From the NCBI GenBank assembly GCA_965277805.1, contig OZ255842.1, positions 2,656,001 through 2,720,000 of the forward strand: DNA of 64,000 nt, in the 5' to 3' direction. Below are positions 40,305 to 50,579 of the stretch, piece after piece. Positions within the stretch are counted from its first letter, which is position 1; each line of letters begins with the position of its first letter. The position numbers were made by a program, and so were the translations under genes. This stretch comes from Candidatus Lustribacter sp. (lineage in GTDB: Bacteria > Vulcanimicrobiota > Vulcanimicrobiia > Vulcanimicrobiales > Vulcanimicrobiaceae). The notes under the pieces were generated by a model, which was not told the origin of the DNA, did not search any database, and saw nothing but the letters and a program-made list of their open reading frames with translations.

Positions 40305-41048
40305 CTAAAGTTCTCCGCGTGCGTACGCGAATGCCGCGAGCACTGCTAGCGCGACGGTTTCGGTGCGCAAGATGCGCGTGCCGAGCGACACCACCACCGC
40401 GCCGGCCGCCGCCGCGCGCTCGACCTCGTGCGCGGAGAAGCCGCCCTCCGGCCCCACGACGAACAGCGCCGATGTAATCGCCGGCGCATCGACGTCGAAC
40501 GTGTCGCGCAACGGCTGCACATCGGCCAGTTCCCACGGCAAATAGACGCGGTCGTACGTGCCGAACGTCGAGATCAGTTCATCCCACGCGGCGATCGGCG
40601 CCACCGCCGGGATGACGTTACGCCCGCACTGCTGCGCTGCGGTCTTCGCGATGCGTTGCCAGCGTTCGACCTTGTGATCGCCGGTGCGTTCGCCGACCAC
40701 ACGCTCGGAGCGCAGCGGAACGATCGCCGCAACGCCGAGCTCGGTCGCCTTCTCGACGATCACGTCCATCTTCTGGCCCTTGGGGATCGCTTGCGCGAGC
40801 GTGAGCCGCACGGCCGTTTCGCGCGTGCCGCGTTCGATCGGCGCATCGAGCGTGGCCGTGACCGCACCTTCCGCGACCGCGAGCGACGCCGCGAAGGCGC
40901 TGCCGGACGAATCGATGACGTGCACGCGATCGCCGGTGCGCCCGCGCAGCACGGTCGCGATCTTGCGCGCATCGTCGGGCGCGAACGTGACGCTCGCGCC
41001 GATCGCGTGCACGCCTTCGACGAAGAAGCGATCGCGCAGCGAGGCCAT
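40305..41048 (-). CDS. rsmE: 16S rRNA m3U1498 methyltransferase
   Basis: EKATELGV, AAQQCGR, VGPEGGF, LGTRILRTETV. Confidence 0.95.
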   Translation of the reverse strand: MASLRDRFFVEGVHAIGASVTFAPDDARKIATVLRGRTGDRVHVIDSSGSAFAASLAVAEGAVTATLDAPIERGTRETAVRLTLAQAIPKGQKMDVIVEKATELGVAAIVPLRSERVVGERTGDHKVERWQRIAKTAAQQCGRNVIPAVAPIAAWDELISTFGTYDRVYLPWELADVQPLRDTFDVDAPAITSALFVVGPEGGFSAHEVERAAAAGAVVVSLGTRILRTETVALAVLAAFAYARGEL

Positions 41049-41051
41049 CGC

Positions 41052-42167
41052 CTATTCGGCTTTAAACGCTTCTTTGACGCGATCGAAGAACGAGCGGTCG
41101 CCGTCTTCGTCGGCGTTGGCGCGCTGGTACTCTTCGAGCAGCTCGCGCTCGCGTTTGCCGAGCTTCGTCGGCACCGCGATGCGAACCGTGACCAGATGAT
41201 CGCCGCGCACGCCGCCGCGTACGGCCGGCATGCCGTGACCGCGCAGCCGGAACTGCGAACCGGTCTGCGTGCCCGCCGGAATGTTCAGCGTGTGTTCGCC
41301 GTCGAGCGCGGTGACGCGAATGTCGCCGCCGAGGGCCGCCGTGGGAAACGAGATCGGCGCTTCGGCATAGATGTTCAGCGCGTCGCGCTTGTAGAGGTCG
41401 TGTTTGCGCACGGAAAGGTAGACGTACAGATCGCCGTCGGGACCATTGCGCAGGCCCGCCTCGCCGCTGCCGCTCAGGCGAATGCGGCTGCCGTCGTCGA
41501 CACCGGCCGGAATCTTCACCGTCAGCGTCTTGTCCGTTTCGACGCGCCCGCGTCCGCGGCACACGTGACATGGCTGCTGCACCACTTGCCCGTCGCCGTT
41601 GCACTTGCCGCACGTGGTCTGCGTGACGAACTGGCCGAGCGGCGTTTGGCGCACTTGGCGCGCGATGCCGGTAGCACCGCAGCGATCGCACGGCACGACG
41701 AGGGTGCCTGGTTCGGCGCCGCTGCCCTTACACGTGACGCACGCCGCGAGATGACGGAATGAGATCTCGCGCTGCGTTCCGGCGAACGCCTCTTCGAGCG
41801 TGATCTCGATGTCGTAGCGCAGATCGCTGCCGCGCTGCGGACCGTTGGCGCGCCCGGGCGCACCGCCGCCGGCGCGCTGCTGGCCGAAGAACATGTCGAA
41901 GATGTCGCCGAAGCCTTCGGCCGCAAAACCGCCGAAGCCGCCGCTCTGATCGCCGGCATGACCGAAGCGATCGTAGTTCGCGCGCTTCTGCGGATCGGAG
42001 AGCACTTCGTAGGCTTCGTTGATTTCCTTGAAGTGGTTCTCCGCGCCGGCCTTATCCGTCGCTACGTCGGGATGGTACTTGCGCGCGAGTTGGCGGTACG
42101 CTTTCTTGATGTCACCTTCGGGCGCCGTCCGCGGTACGCCGAGGACTTCATAATAATCAGCCGGCAC
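41052..42167 (-). CDS. dnaJ: Chaperone DnaJ
   Basis: [13 protein letters not shown] region, four CxxCxGxG-type repeats. Confidence 0.97.
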   Translation of the reverse strand: MPADYYEVLGVPRTAPEGDIKKAYRQLARKYHPDVATDKAGAENHFKEINEAYEVLSDPQKRANYDRFGHAGDQSGGFGGFAAEGFGDIFDMFFGQQRAGGGAPGRANGPQRGSDLRYDIEITLEEAFAGTQREISFRHLAACVTCKGSGAEPGTLVVPCDRCGATGIARQVRQTPLGQFVTQTTCGKCNGDGQVVQQPCHVCRGRGRVETDKTLTVKIPAGVDDGSRIRLSGSGEAGLRNGPDGDLYVYLSVRKHDLYKRDALNIYAEAPISFPTAALGGDIRVTALDGEHTLNIPAGTQTGSQFRLRGHGMPAVRGGVRGDHLVTVRIAVPTKLGKRERELLEEYQRANADEDGDRSFFDRVKEAFKAE

Positions 42168-42170
42168 GCG

Positions 42171-43220
42171 CTATCGAATCTCGACGTTATCGAGATACGC
42201 CCCGAGCGATTGCGCCGTACCGCTGGCAAGCGCCATCAAGCGGCCGTACGGCATGCGTCGCGGTCCGAGAATAGCCAGCAAGCCGACGCCGCGGTCGCCG
42301 AAGCGGTAGGGAACGGTCACCACGCTGCACTCGGCCATCTCGTCGGCGCCGAGTTCGGCACCGATGTGCACGTGCGGGGTCTCCGAGGGATGCGCGAGGT
42401 CGTCGGCAATGAGATCGTAGAGCACCTTTTGTTCTTCGACCATTCGGAGGATCGAACGTAGCTTGCGCAAGTCGTGAAACTCGGGCTGGTCGAGCAAGTT
42501 CTGCGCGCCGGCCGCGGTGATTTGGGGATCGCTGCGGCGCGCGTTGCGAAACGCGGTCTGGAGGGCGCGCCGGATCTCCGGCGATACGGCGATGCTCTCG
42601 CTCACACGATCGATCGCCGCCGGCGAAATGTCTTCCATCACCTTGCCGCCGAGCACGGCGTTGAGCGCGTTCGAGAGCCGCGTCAGCTGATCGGCCTCGA
42701 CGTCGACTTTCCACTCGACCATCTCTTGCGCTGCGACGCCCATCGACGTGACGATCACGATCAGACTCGTGCGCGCCGAGAGCCACAGCAGCTGCACGTG
42801 CTTGAACGCGTGCGTGTCGCGCGAGGGCGCGATGGCGAGCGCAACGTTGTGCGAGAGGCCGGAGAGCAAGCGCGTGGCCTGATCGATCACTTCGTCGAGC
42901 TCCCGGCTGGCCTCGCGGAACTGGTCGCGGATCTGGCGGGCATCGGTTTCGGCCAGCGGCTCGGGCTTCATCAGCCGGTCGACGAACGTCCGGTAGCCTG
43001 AGTCGGAGGGGATACGACCGGCCGAGGTGTGGGGCTGCACGAGGTAGCCGCCGGCCTCGAGTTCGGCCATTTCGTTGCGAATGGTCGCCGAGCTCACGCC
43101 GAGGTTGTATTTCTGCGTAAGCGTCACCGAGCCGACCGGCTCCGCCGTGTTGATGTACTCGTACACCACGGTGGCCAGAATGAATGCTTTTCGTTTATCG
43201 AGTTCGGGTCTGTCGTTCAT
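42171..43220 (-). CDS. hrcA: Heat-inducible transcription repressor HrcA
   Basis: EPVGS, SSATIRNEMAELE, QPHTSAGRIPS, GPRRMPY. Confidence 0.96.
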   Translation of the reverse strand: MNDRPELDKRKAFILATVVYEYINTAEPVGSVTLTQKYNLGVSSATIRNEMAELEAGGYLVQPHTSAGRIPSDSGYRTFVDRLMKPEPLAETDARQIRDQFREASRELDEVIDQATRLLSGLSHNVALAIAPSRDTHAFKHVQLLWLSARTSLIVIVTSMGVAAQEMVEWKVDVEADQLTRLSNALNAVLGGKVMEDISPAAIDRVSESIAVSPEIRRALQTAFRNARRSDPQITAAGAQNLLDQPEFHDLRKLRSILRMVEEQKVLYDLIADDLAHPSETPHVHIGAELGADEMAECSVVTVPYRFGDRGVGLLAILGPRRMPYGRLMALASGTAQSLGAYLDNVEIR

Positions 43221-43224
43221 CGCT

Positions 43225-43251
43225 TTAGCAGCCTGCACCGGAGAGTGCTAG
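43225..43251. promoter_or_regulatory. CIRCE element
   Basis: TTAGCAGCC-N9-GAGTGCTAG versus consensus TTAGCACTC-N9-GAGTGCTAA; 4 nt from the hrcA start codon. Confidence 0.9.
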
Positions 43252-43261
43252 GCTATCGCTC

Positions 43262-43290
43262 AAGGTACCACGTCGCCCCGGAGGGGTCAA
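43262..43290 (-). promoter_or_regulatory. Sigma70-type promoter of hrcA
   Basis: TTGACC-N17-TACCTT with TG extension, directly upstream of CIRCE. Confidence 0.65.
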
Positions 43291-43292
43291 GG

Positions 43293-43760
43293 TCAAGCCA
43301 GGCCGGCGAGGTGTCGCCGGTGGGCGATTGTGATGTATTCCGAGATCACGACCCCATGGAAAAAGACGTTGCCGACGAGCGCTTCCCAGAGCGGGGTGGT
43401 GCTCACCACCCGCATGATCGGCACCGCCACGTCTTCCGTAATGAAGAACATGAAGAAGCCGTAGGCGATGCCGCACAGGACCGAGGTCGGCGCCGTCCAG
43501 CTGGGCTTGAAGCGCGCGGCCATGCTGGCGTAAAAAATGCCGAAAATCGCCGCCGAAAAAAAGTGCAGAAAGAGCCCGAAGAGCAGGCCGACCAGCGGCA
43601 CCGCCTCGATCCGCGGCCCGAACACGCCGACGGCGAATTGCACGAAGTAGTCGCCGAGCACGGGCTCGTGGACGATGGCGACCCCGACGAAGAGGAAGAA
43701 CAACGCCGAAACCAAGCCGGCAATAATGCCGCCGTAGAGCCCGTCCGACCAGCGTACCAT
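43293..43760 (-). CDS. Hypothetical 4-TM membrane protein
   Basis: GGIIAGL, LHFF..IFG..Y, FFHG hydrophobic pattern. Confidence 0.7.
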   Translation of the reverse strand: MVRWSDGLYGGIIAGLVSALFFLFVGVAIVHEPVLGDYFVQFAVGVFGPRIEAVPLVGLLFGLFLHFFSAAIFGIFYASMAARFKPSWTAPTSVLCGIAYGFFMFFITEDVAVPIMRVVSTTPLWEALVGNVFFHGVVISEYITIAHRRHLAGLA

Positions 43761-43817
43761 GGCCTACAGACTTCGCGACCGAAAGGGCATCGCCTCGGCG
43801 GAACAAAGCCCTACGCC

Positions 43818-45785
43818 ATGACGACGCCCGCGCAACCCGAAGCCATCGAGGCCCTCCTCAAGGAAGCACGCCGTTCTCCGCCGCCGCCGGCCTTCGCCGC
43901 CCAGGCAAACGCCAAGCCCGGCGTTTATGAGGAAGCCGCCGACTCCGAGGCTTGGTGGACTAGCTGGGCGCGCAAGCTCGAATGGATGAAGCCGTTCACC
44001 AAAGGGCTCGTGTGGAACGAGCCGTTCGCGACCTGGTTCGCCGACGGCGAACTCAACGCGTCGGTCAACGCGCTCGACCGCCACGTGCGCAACGGCCTCG
44101 CCTCGTGCGTCGCCTACTACTTCGAGGGCGAACCGGGCGATCGCTGGAGCGTGACCTACGGCGAGCTTCTCGATCAGGTGTGCCGGTTCGCCAACGGCCT
44201 GCGCAAGCTCGGCGTGAAGAAGGGCGATCGCGTCGCGATCTACATGCCGATGATCGTCGAGCTGCCCGTCGCGATGCTCGCCTGCGCGCGCATCGGCGCG
44301 ACGCATTCGGTGATCTTCGGCGGCTTCGCGCCCGATGCGATCGTCGATCGCGTCAACGACTCGCAGTGCGTGGCGCTGATCACGGCCGACGCCGGCTGGC
44401 GCCGCGGCAAAGTCGTGCCGCTCAAGGCCAACTGCGATGAGGCGATCGCGAAGGGCATGCCCTCGCTCAAGCACGTGATCGTTGCCAAGCGCGTCGGCGA
44501 AAAAGTCGATATGGTGGCCGGCCGCGATCATTGGTGGGACGACGTCGTGAAGGATCAGCCGTCGACGTGTGAGCCCGAGCGCATGAACGCGGAAGACTTG
44601 CTCTTTCTGCTCTACACGTCGGGCACGACGGCGAAGCCGAAGGGCATCAAGCACAGCACCGGCGGTTACCTCACGCAAGTGACCGCGACGCACAATCTCG
44701 TGTTCGACATCAAACCCGAAACCGACGTGTACTGGTGCGCGGCGGACATCGGCTGGGTGACGGGCCACTCGTACATCGTGTACGGACCGCTCTGCAACGG
44801 CGTGACCAGCGTGCTGTACGAAGGCACGCCCGATTTCCCCGACAAGGACCGGCTCTGGGCAATCATCGAGCGCTATAAGGTGACGATTCTCTACACCGCG
44901 CCGACCGCGATCCGCACGTTCATGAAGTGGGGTACGGAGTACGTCGAAAAGCACAACCTGAGCTCGCTGCGGCTGTTGGGTTCCGTCGGCGAACCGATCA
45001 ATCCGGAAGCGTGGATCTGGTACCACACCTACATCGGGGGCGGACGCTGCCCGGTCGTGGATACCTGGTGGCAAACGGAAACCGGCGGCATCATGATCAC
45101 GCCGCTGCCCGGCGTTACGACGCTCAAGCCCGGCTCCGCAACGAAACCGTTCCCCGGCATCGGCGTCGACATTCTCGATGAGGCCGGCAACAGCGTGCCT
45201 CTCGGCGGCGGCGGTTACATCGTGCTCACGAAACCGTGGCCCTCGATGATGCGCGGCATCTACGGCGATGACAAGCGATACGCCGAGACGTACTGGTCGC
45301 GCTTCCCGCACAAGTATCTCGCCGGCGACGGCTGCAATCGCGACACCGACGGCGACTACTGGTTCATGGGCCGCATCGACGATGTGATGAACATCAGCGG
45401 CCACCGCATCTCGACGACCGAAGTGGAGTCGGCGCTGGTCGACTACCCTGACGTTGCGGAAGCCGCGGTGACGGGCAAGAACGACGACGTGACCGGCCAA
45501 GCGATTGCGGCGTTCGTCACGCTGAAGTCGCACGCCATCGGTTCGCCCGAACTCGCCGACAAGCTGCGCAAACACGTCTCCGAGAAACTCGGCAAGTTCG
45601 TGTATCCGAAGTACGTGACGTTCACGCAAGAACTTCCGAAGACGCGCAGCGGCAAAATCATGCGCCGGCTGCTACGCGACATCGCCGAAGGCCGCATGCT
45701 CGGTGACACCACGACCCTCGCCGACTCGAGCGTCGTCGCCGAACTCCAAGAACGCGCCGCCGCCGAAGCGCACAAGGAAGAGTGA
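43818..45785 (+). CDS. acs: Acetyl-CoA synthetase
   Basis: YTSGTTAKPKG, ADIGWVTGHSY, DTWWQTETGG, PKTRSGKIMRR; start placed at MTTPAQ. Confidence 0.97.
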   Translation: MTTPAQPEAIEALLKEARRSPPPPAFAAQANAKPGVYEEAADSEAWWTSWARKLEWMKPFTKGLVWNEPFATWFADGELNASVNALDRHVRNGLASCVAYYFEGEPGDRWSVTYGELLDQVCRFANGLRKLGVKKGDRVAIYMPMIVELPVAMLACARIGATHSVIFGGFAPDAIVDRVNDSQCVALITADAGWRRGKVVPLKANCDEAIAKGMPSLKHVIVAKRVGEKVDMVAGRDHWWDDVVKDQPSTCEPERMNAEDLLFLLYTSGTTAKPKGIKHSTGGYLTQVTATHNLVFDIKPETDVYWCAADIGWVTGHSYIVYGPLCNGVTSVLYEGTPDFPDKDRLWAIIERYKVTILYTAPTAIRTFMKWGTEYVEKHNLSSLRLLGSVGEPINPEAWIWYHTYIGGGRCPVVDTWWQTETGGIMITPLPGVTTLKPGSATKPFPGIGVDILDEAGNSVPLGGGGYIVLTKPWPSMMRGIYGDDKRYAETYWSRFPHKYLAGDGCNRDTDGDYWFMGRIDDVMNISGHRISTTEVESALVDYPDVAEAAVTGKNDDVTGQAIAAFVTLKSHAIGSPELADKLRKHVSEKLGKFVYPKYVTFTQELPKTRSGKIMRRLLRDIAEGRMLGDTTTLADSSVVAELQERAAAEAHKEE

Positions 45786-45789
45786 CCCA

Positions 45790-46809
45790 CTAGCCCCCGT
45801 CGGCGAGGCCGTGCGTGATCTGAACTTTTCCGTTGAGGATGTCTTGGACGGGAACTTGCGGGTAGCCGACTTTTAACGCCGTTGATTCGGCGTACGCGTC
45901 GGCGATGAGATCGCGCAACATCTTGGCGCCGGCAGCGAGCCGGTCGAGCGTAAAATTCACAGCGTCGGGGGTGACCGCGTCGAACGCACCGGCGCCTTCG
46001 AGTTGATACACCTGCGGCACGAACGAGTTCGTCTGCGCTAGGTAGGCCTCGACGCGCGGCAACACCGGTCCGGGCGCGGGTACGTACGGGGCGATGTGCG
46101 AGAGCACGGCGTCGGCGGTCGTGTGCGCGTTCACGAAGTCGCTCTCAAACTTCGCGTGAATCTTCTTCGACTGCGTGTAATTGTTCGGATTCGGGTAGCT
46201 GCCCCAGCCGTTGAAGTGCGCGCTGACGTGCAGCGGCTGCGAGCCGTCGGCAACGAAGTGGCCCCAGTAGCCGATGTCGCGCAGGATGAGCGTTTCACGC
46301 AGCTGGCGATCGTTGCCGTAGAACGTCTTGTCTGCCGGGTTCGTGGCGTTCGCTTCAGCAAACGAGTCGACGCGCCAGATGCCGAAATCTTTCACGAGCA
46401 ATGCGTAGCCGTCGGCGATTTCGTAGGGTAAGAAGCCGCGGTTGTACTCGTCGGTCGGTTTGGCGCCCTTACGCAGCGCGGTGTCATACGCTTCGCGCGT
46501 GATCGGAAGTGCCGAAAGCTTGAGCGTGCCGCCGATCGTGCCGTCATCTTCGAGATCGAGGAAATGCGCCGGATCCTCATCGCCGTCGCGCGTCTTGCCG
46601 GAGCCGCGGTCGCGGTCGGCCTCCGGTCCGAGCGCCGTAATCTCGGCGATTGCGTCAGGCGTGCGAATGAACGGAGGAACGCTGTCGGGCAGCGTCTGAA
46701 CGGCATCGCCGTTGATGAAGCGGTGGCCGACCGCACCCCAGGCAAACGCCGGGGCGGGCGCTACGAGGACGAGGCCGAGCAGCACCGCAAAAAGTGATGA
46801 TACGCGCAT
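45790..46809 (-). CDS. Secreted S1/P1 nuclease / Zn-phospholipase C family protein
   Basis: AFA-WG..GH, GHFVADGSQPLH, IHAKFE. Confidence 0.85.
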   Translation of the reverse strand: MRVSSLFAVLLGLVLVAPAPAFAWGAVGHRFINGDAVQTLPDSVPPFIRTPDAIAEITALGPEADRDRGSGKTRDGDEDPAHFLDLEDDGTIGGTLKLSALPITREAYDTALRKGAKPTDEYNRGFLPYEIADGYALLVKDFGIWRVDSFAEANATNPADKTFYGNDRQLRETLILRDIGYWGHFVADGSQPLHVSAHFNGWGSYPNPNNYTQSKKIHAKFESDFVNAHTTADAVLSHIAPYVPAPGPVLPRVEAYLAQTNSFVPQVYQLEGAGAFDAVTPDAVNFTLDRLAAGAKMLRDLIADAYAESTALKVGYPQVPVQDILNGKVQITHGLADGG

Positions 46810-46832
46810 GAACGAAGCCCTTCGCTAAGTCC

Positions 46833-47045
46833 CTAGGTGTTCCCGAGGGTATCGACGCTGATCTCGTTCAGTCGCCGGACGTTCTGATATGCGCCGCACG
46901 CGCAATGCATCCAGTCCTCGATCACGACGGTAAACGGTTGATCGCCACGGTAAAGGTAGCGCGCCGTCTGTTCGCCCGATTCGAAGTCGATCGGTTGACC
47001 GCAATGCCAACAAACCACGGGTGCCACCGTGCCGATGGGACGCAT
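46833..47045 (-). CDS. Small zinc-ribbon protein
   Basis: CWHCG...HCACG; starts 2 nt after the helicase stop. Confidence 0.65.
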   Translation of the reverse strand: MRPIGTVAPVVCWHCGQPIDFESGEQTARYLYRGDQPFTVVIEDWMHCACGAYQNVRRLNEISVDTLGNT

Positions 47046-47047
47046 GA

Positions 47048-48991
47048 CTATACGTTGGATGGCACGTCATCCCACAGCGCGCCGAGGCTATCCAGCTCGG
47101 CAATTCGCGTTGCCGGCGGCAACGCATCGACGATCGTCGCCCCGTAACGCATACTCAAGGCACGCCCATCCAATAATGCAATGAGACCTCGATCACTTTT
47201 TGAGCGGATGAGCCGCCCGAATCCTTGTTTCAAACGGACGATTGCACTCGGGATCATGTACGCCTCGAAACCCGAACGGCCTCGTGCCTCGAGCGCGGCA
47301 ATGCGCGCGGCAACCAGCGGATCAGCCGGCGAGGGGAACGGCAGCCGGTCGATGATCACGCACGAGAGCTGATCGCCGACGACGTCGATGCCTTCCCAGA
47401 ACGTACCCGTGCCGAACAGCACTGCGTTTTTGGTGGAGCGGAACCAATCGAGCAGCGCGGTGCGCGGCAAATCGCCTTGCAGTTTGGTGGGAAACGTCAG
47501 CCGTTCGGCCAGGATCGCGTGCACTTCGCGCAAGCGCGCATACGACGTGAACAGCACGAACGCGCGCCCCGAGGTGCGGTCGAGACATTCTTCGATGATC
47601 GGCGCGGCTTTTTTGGCGAAATCCTTGTCCTTCGGGTTGAGATTTCCCGGTGCAATGTAGAGCCGCGCTTGCGATGCGTAGTCGAACGGCGAGGGCGCGA
47701 TCAATTCTTGCGCGGCCTCGATACCGAGCATCTCGCGCAGGAACGCGAACGATCGTCCTTCGGCCAGCGTTGCACTGGTCAGCACGACGCTCGGCGTACG
47801 CGCGAACAGATGCACGCGCAAAAACTCGGCGACTTCGAACGGCGCGGCGTTGAGTTCGTAGCGCGCATCGCGATCGCCACGTTCGACCCACGCGATCGTG
47901 TCGCGTTCGTCGGCCGGCACTTCGCCGCTCGTCGCTTGTTTGGCCGCAGATTCGATGCGGTCGACCGTCGCAATGTGCGCGGTCACGGCACGCAGTGCGA
48001 GATCGCGCCTGCGTTCGCTCTCGGCTTCGTTGTCGCTCGGACGCCGTAACGCCGTCATCCAATTGCCGTGGACCCAATTTTCGAGCCGGTAGAACGATTC
48101 GCGAATCGACGGCAGCAGGTCGAGGATCTCGTCGTTGGCAGCGACCGGATAGCGTTCGCCCGGCACGCGCGCCAGCACCATCTGCAAACGTCGCATCGCT
48201 TCGTCGATTTCGGCATCGTGAGAGGCCGGCACCGTGTAGGTGCGATGCAGCTTGCGCATCATGCGTCCTACGCCGCCGGCCGAGAGCGACGCCGTCAGGG
48301 CAGCGGTCGCGTACTTCTCGCACTGATGCGCTTCATCGAGAATTGCGACGTCATACGACGGCAAGAGCGTACCGCCGGCCACGAGATCGAGAAAGAACAG
48401 CGCGTGGTTGACGACGACGATATCGGCGAAGCGCGCCGCGTCGCGGCGTTTGAAGAAATGACAGTCGGCAAACCGCGAGCAGAACTCGCCCACGCAATCG
48501 TCGGCATCGGCGTCGAGGGCTTCCCAGTCGTCGCTGCGCGGGGTGAACGTGAGCTCGGCGCGATCGCCCGTTTCCGTGCGATCCGCCCAGAGCCAGAGCT
48601 TCTCCATCGCCGCGCTCGGCGCCACGAGCCGCTCCGCGCTCATCTTCTCGTACTTCTGCCGGCACAAGTAGTGATTGCGGCCCTTGAGCAGTTCGACGCG
48701 TGCCGTGATGCCGAGCGCGTTGACGACGAGCGGAATGTCCTTGCGCACGAGTTGCTCTTGCAGCGCGATCGTGCCGGTCGAGATCACGACCTTCTTCCCC
48801 GAACGCAATGCGGGCACGAGGTACGCGAGCGACTTGCCGACACCGGTACCGGCTTCTACCAACGTGTGGGCGTTCTCGAGAATGCCGCGCTCGATTAGTT
48901 GCGCCATTTGCACTTGACCCGGGCGTGCTTCAAAACCCGCCAGGGTTTTTGCGATGGGGCCCTGAGGACCGAACGTTTCGTCGATCTGCAT
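47048..48991 (-). CDS. DinG/YoaA-family ATP-dependent helicase
   Basis: EAGTGVGKS, KGRNHYLC, DEAH, SATL, FWEGID, QGFGRLIR. Confidence 0.95.
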   Translation of the reverse strand: MQIDETFGPQGPIAKTLAGFEARPGQVQMAQLIERGILENAHTLVEAGTGVGKSLAYLVPALRSGKKVVISTGTIALQEQLVRKDIPLVVNALGITARVELLKGRNHYLCRQKYEKMSAERLVAPSAAMEKLWLWADRTETGDRAELTFTPRSDDWEALDADADDCVGEFCSRFADCHFFKRRDAARFADIVVVNHALFFLDLVAGGTLLPSYDVAILDEAHQCEKYATAALTASLSAGGVGRMMRKLHRTYTVPASHDAEIDEAMRRLQMVLARVPGERYPVAANDEILDLLPSIRESFYRLENWVHGNWMTALRRPSDNEAESERRRDLALRAVTAHIATVDRIESAAKQATSGEVPADERDTIAWVERGDRDARYELNAAPFEVAEFLRVHLFARTPSVVLTSATLAEGRSFAFLREMLGIEAAQELIAPSPFDYASQARLYIAPGNLNPKDKDFAKKAAPIIEECLDRTSGRAFVLFTSYARLREVHAILAERLTFPTKLQGDLPRTALLDWFRSTKNAVLFGTGTFWEGIDVVGDQLSCVIIDRLPFPSPADPLVAARIAALEARGRSGFEAYMIPSAIVRLKQGFGRLIRSKSDRGLIALLDGRALSMRYGATIVDALPPATRIAELDSLGALWDDVPSNV

Positions 48992-49656
48992 CAGGCCCGC
49001 GGCGTATGTTCGGACGCTGGATCTTCCGGTGAATGTTCGATCGTGACGACGCCCGGATCCGGTCCGATGCGTTGCGCGTACTGCGGCCCGTCTGCTTCAA
49101 CCGCCACGCGCTGGCGCGGAATGCGAAAGAGCACGAGGCCGCACAGCGTGCCGGCGATCAAGCCGCCGACGTGATCGGCGATCGAGATGTTCGAGCCGGG
49201 CCACAGGCTGATCGCGAGGTTGATCACGATGATGCCAGTCGTTTGCTGCATGATGCTGCGGCCGCGCTCGCCTAAACGGAACCCGGCGATGGCGAGCGCG
49301 CCGAAGAGTCCGAAGATCGCACCGCTGGCGCCGATCGTGACGACGTCGGGCGTGAATTCGGTGACGGCCACCCCGCCGGCGAGCCCCGCCACCGCGTAGA
49401 TGATCGCCATGCGCGGCGTGCCGTAGATCAGCTCGACGAACGTGCCGACTTGGTAGAGCGCGATCATGTTGAAGAGCAAATGCATGTCGCTGCCGTGCAG
49501 AAACGCGGACGTGACGATGCGCCACCATTGCCCGTTTTGCAGCACCGGCCCGTAGAGGCCGCCGTGCGCGTAGAGCTGGGCCGGTTCCAAACCCCAAACG
49601 AGACGCTCGCACAGGTACACGATCACGTTGATCGCGACGAGCAGTTTCGTCAGCAC
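48991..49656 (-). CDS. Rhomboid intramembrane protease
   Basis: WWR..TSAFLH, HLLFNM, GASG, HVGG. Confidence 0.93.
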   Translation of the reverse strand: MLTKLLVAINVIVYLCERLVWGLEPAQLYAHGGLYGPVLQNGQWWRIVTSAFLHGSDMHLLFNMIALYQVGTFVELIYGTPRMAIIYAVAGLAGGVAVTEFTPDVVTIGASGAIFGLFGALAIAGFRLGERGRSIMQQTTGIIVINLAISLWPGSNISIADHVGGLIAGTLCGLVLFRIPRQRVAVEADGPQYAQRIGPDPGVVTIEHSPEDPASEHTPRA

Positions 49657-49659
49657 GCG

Positions 49660-50349
49660 TTACGCGCTGCGGAGCGACGTTTCGCTAAGTTCGACCGAGA
49701 TGAGGCGGGCGAGTTCGAGCGAGATGGCGTGGCGGCCGCTCGGCCCGGTAAGGGTGACCGGACCGCCGAGCGGGGCGCGCGAAACGACATCGACGGCCGC
49801 CCCTGGGCGGATGCCGATCTCGTCGAGGAAGCGGAGCATCTCCGGCACGTCCTCGGCCACATCGACGATGCGCACTTTGGAGCCGGCATCAACGTCCGCC
49901 AGCTTGCGGTCCATCCGGTTGGGCTCGCTCAGGTCGGCGGCCGGGATCGGGAGGCCGTGAGGGCAGAATTTCGGGTCGCCGAGGACCGCCACGAGGCGTT
50001 CCTCGACCCGGGCGCTGATCGCGTGTTCGAGCCGGCACGCTTCTTCATTCACTTCGTCCCACGGCATTCCCAAGATGGTCGTGAGAAAGCACTCCGCCAG
50101 ACGATGGCGGCGCATGACCCGGACCGCGACGCTTAGACCGCGCTCGGTGAGCTTGGCCTCACCGCGAGCAACGTAAGCGAGATACCCCTCGGAGGCGAGC
50201 TTCTTGAGCATCCCCGATACGGAGGCCGGAGCAACCCCGAGGTCGGCTGCGAGGCCGGACGTGGTGACACCCGGCCCCTCGCGATCTAGGCGGTAGATGG
50301 CCTCCAAATACTCTTCCGTGGACTCATCGAAGTGGGTGTGACCGGCCAT
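49660..50349 (-). CDS. DtxR/MntR-family metal regulator with FeoA domain
   Basis: EEYLEAIY, RRHRLAE, EACRLEH, CPHG.PIP. Confidence 0.93.
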   Translation of the reverse strand: MAGHTHFDESTEEYLEAIYRLDREGPGVTTSGLAADLGVAPASVSGMLKKLASEGYLAYVARGEAKLTERGLSVAVRVMRRHRLAECFLTTILGMPWDEVNEEACRLEHAISARVEERLVAVLGDPKFCPHGLPIPAADLSEPNRMDRKLADVDAGSKVRIVDVAEDVPEMLRFLDEIGIRPGAAVDVVSRAPLGGPVTLTGPSGRHAISLELARLISVELSETSLRSA

Positions 50350-50374
50350 TTTCGACTACTTCGACCATTGGTGT

Positions 50375-50404
50375 TTGACAACCTGATACCCGAACCGGTA
50401 GACT
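50375..50404 (+). promoter_or_regulatory. Sigma70-type promoter of tRNA-fMet
   Basis: TTGACA-N18-TAGACT. Confidence 0.6.
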
Positions 50405-50417
50405 GAGGCTCGCCCAT

Positions 50418-50494
<77 letters not shown>

Positions 50495-50496
50495 TT

Positions 50497-50522
50497 AAAA
50501 GCCCGGTAACACGGGCTTTTTT
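50497..50522 (+). terminator. Intrinsic terminator after the tRNA
   Basis: AAAAGCCCG-GTAACA-CGGGCTTTTTT. Confidence 0.8.
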
Positions 50523-50579
50523 CTTTGCATTTTGGATGCTGGTTGTAGTTTGGTTGCAGTCGGTCGTAACAAGCGACTC

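Noticed and set aside
43029-43817. 918-aa acs with a long N-terminal extension
   Set aside because: The extension is antisense to hrcA and a membrane-protein gene; Acs homology starts near ATG 43818.
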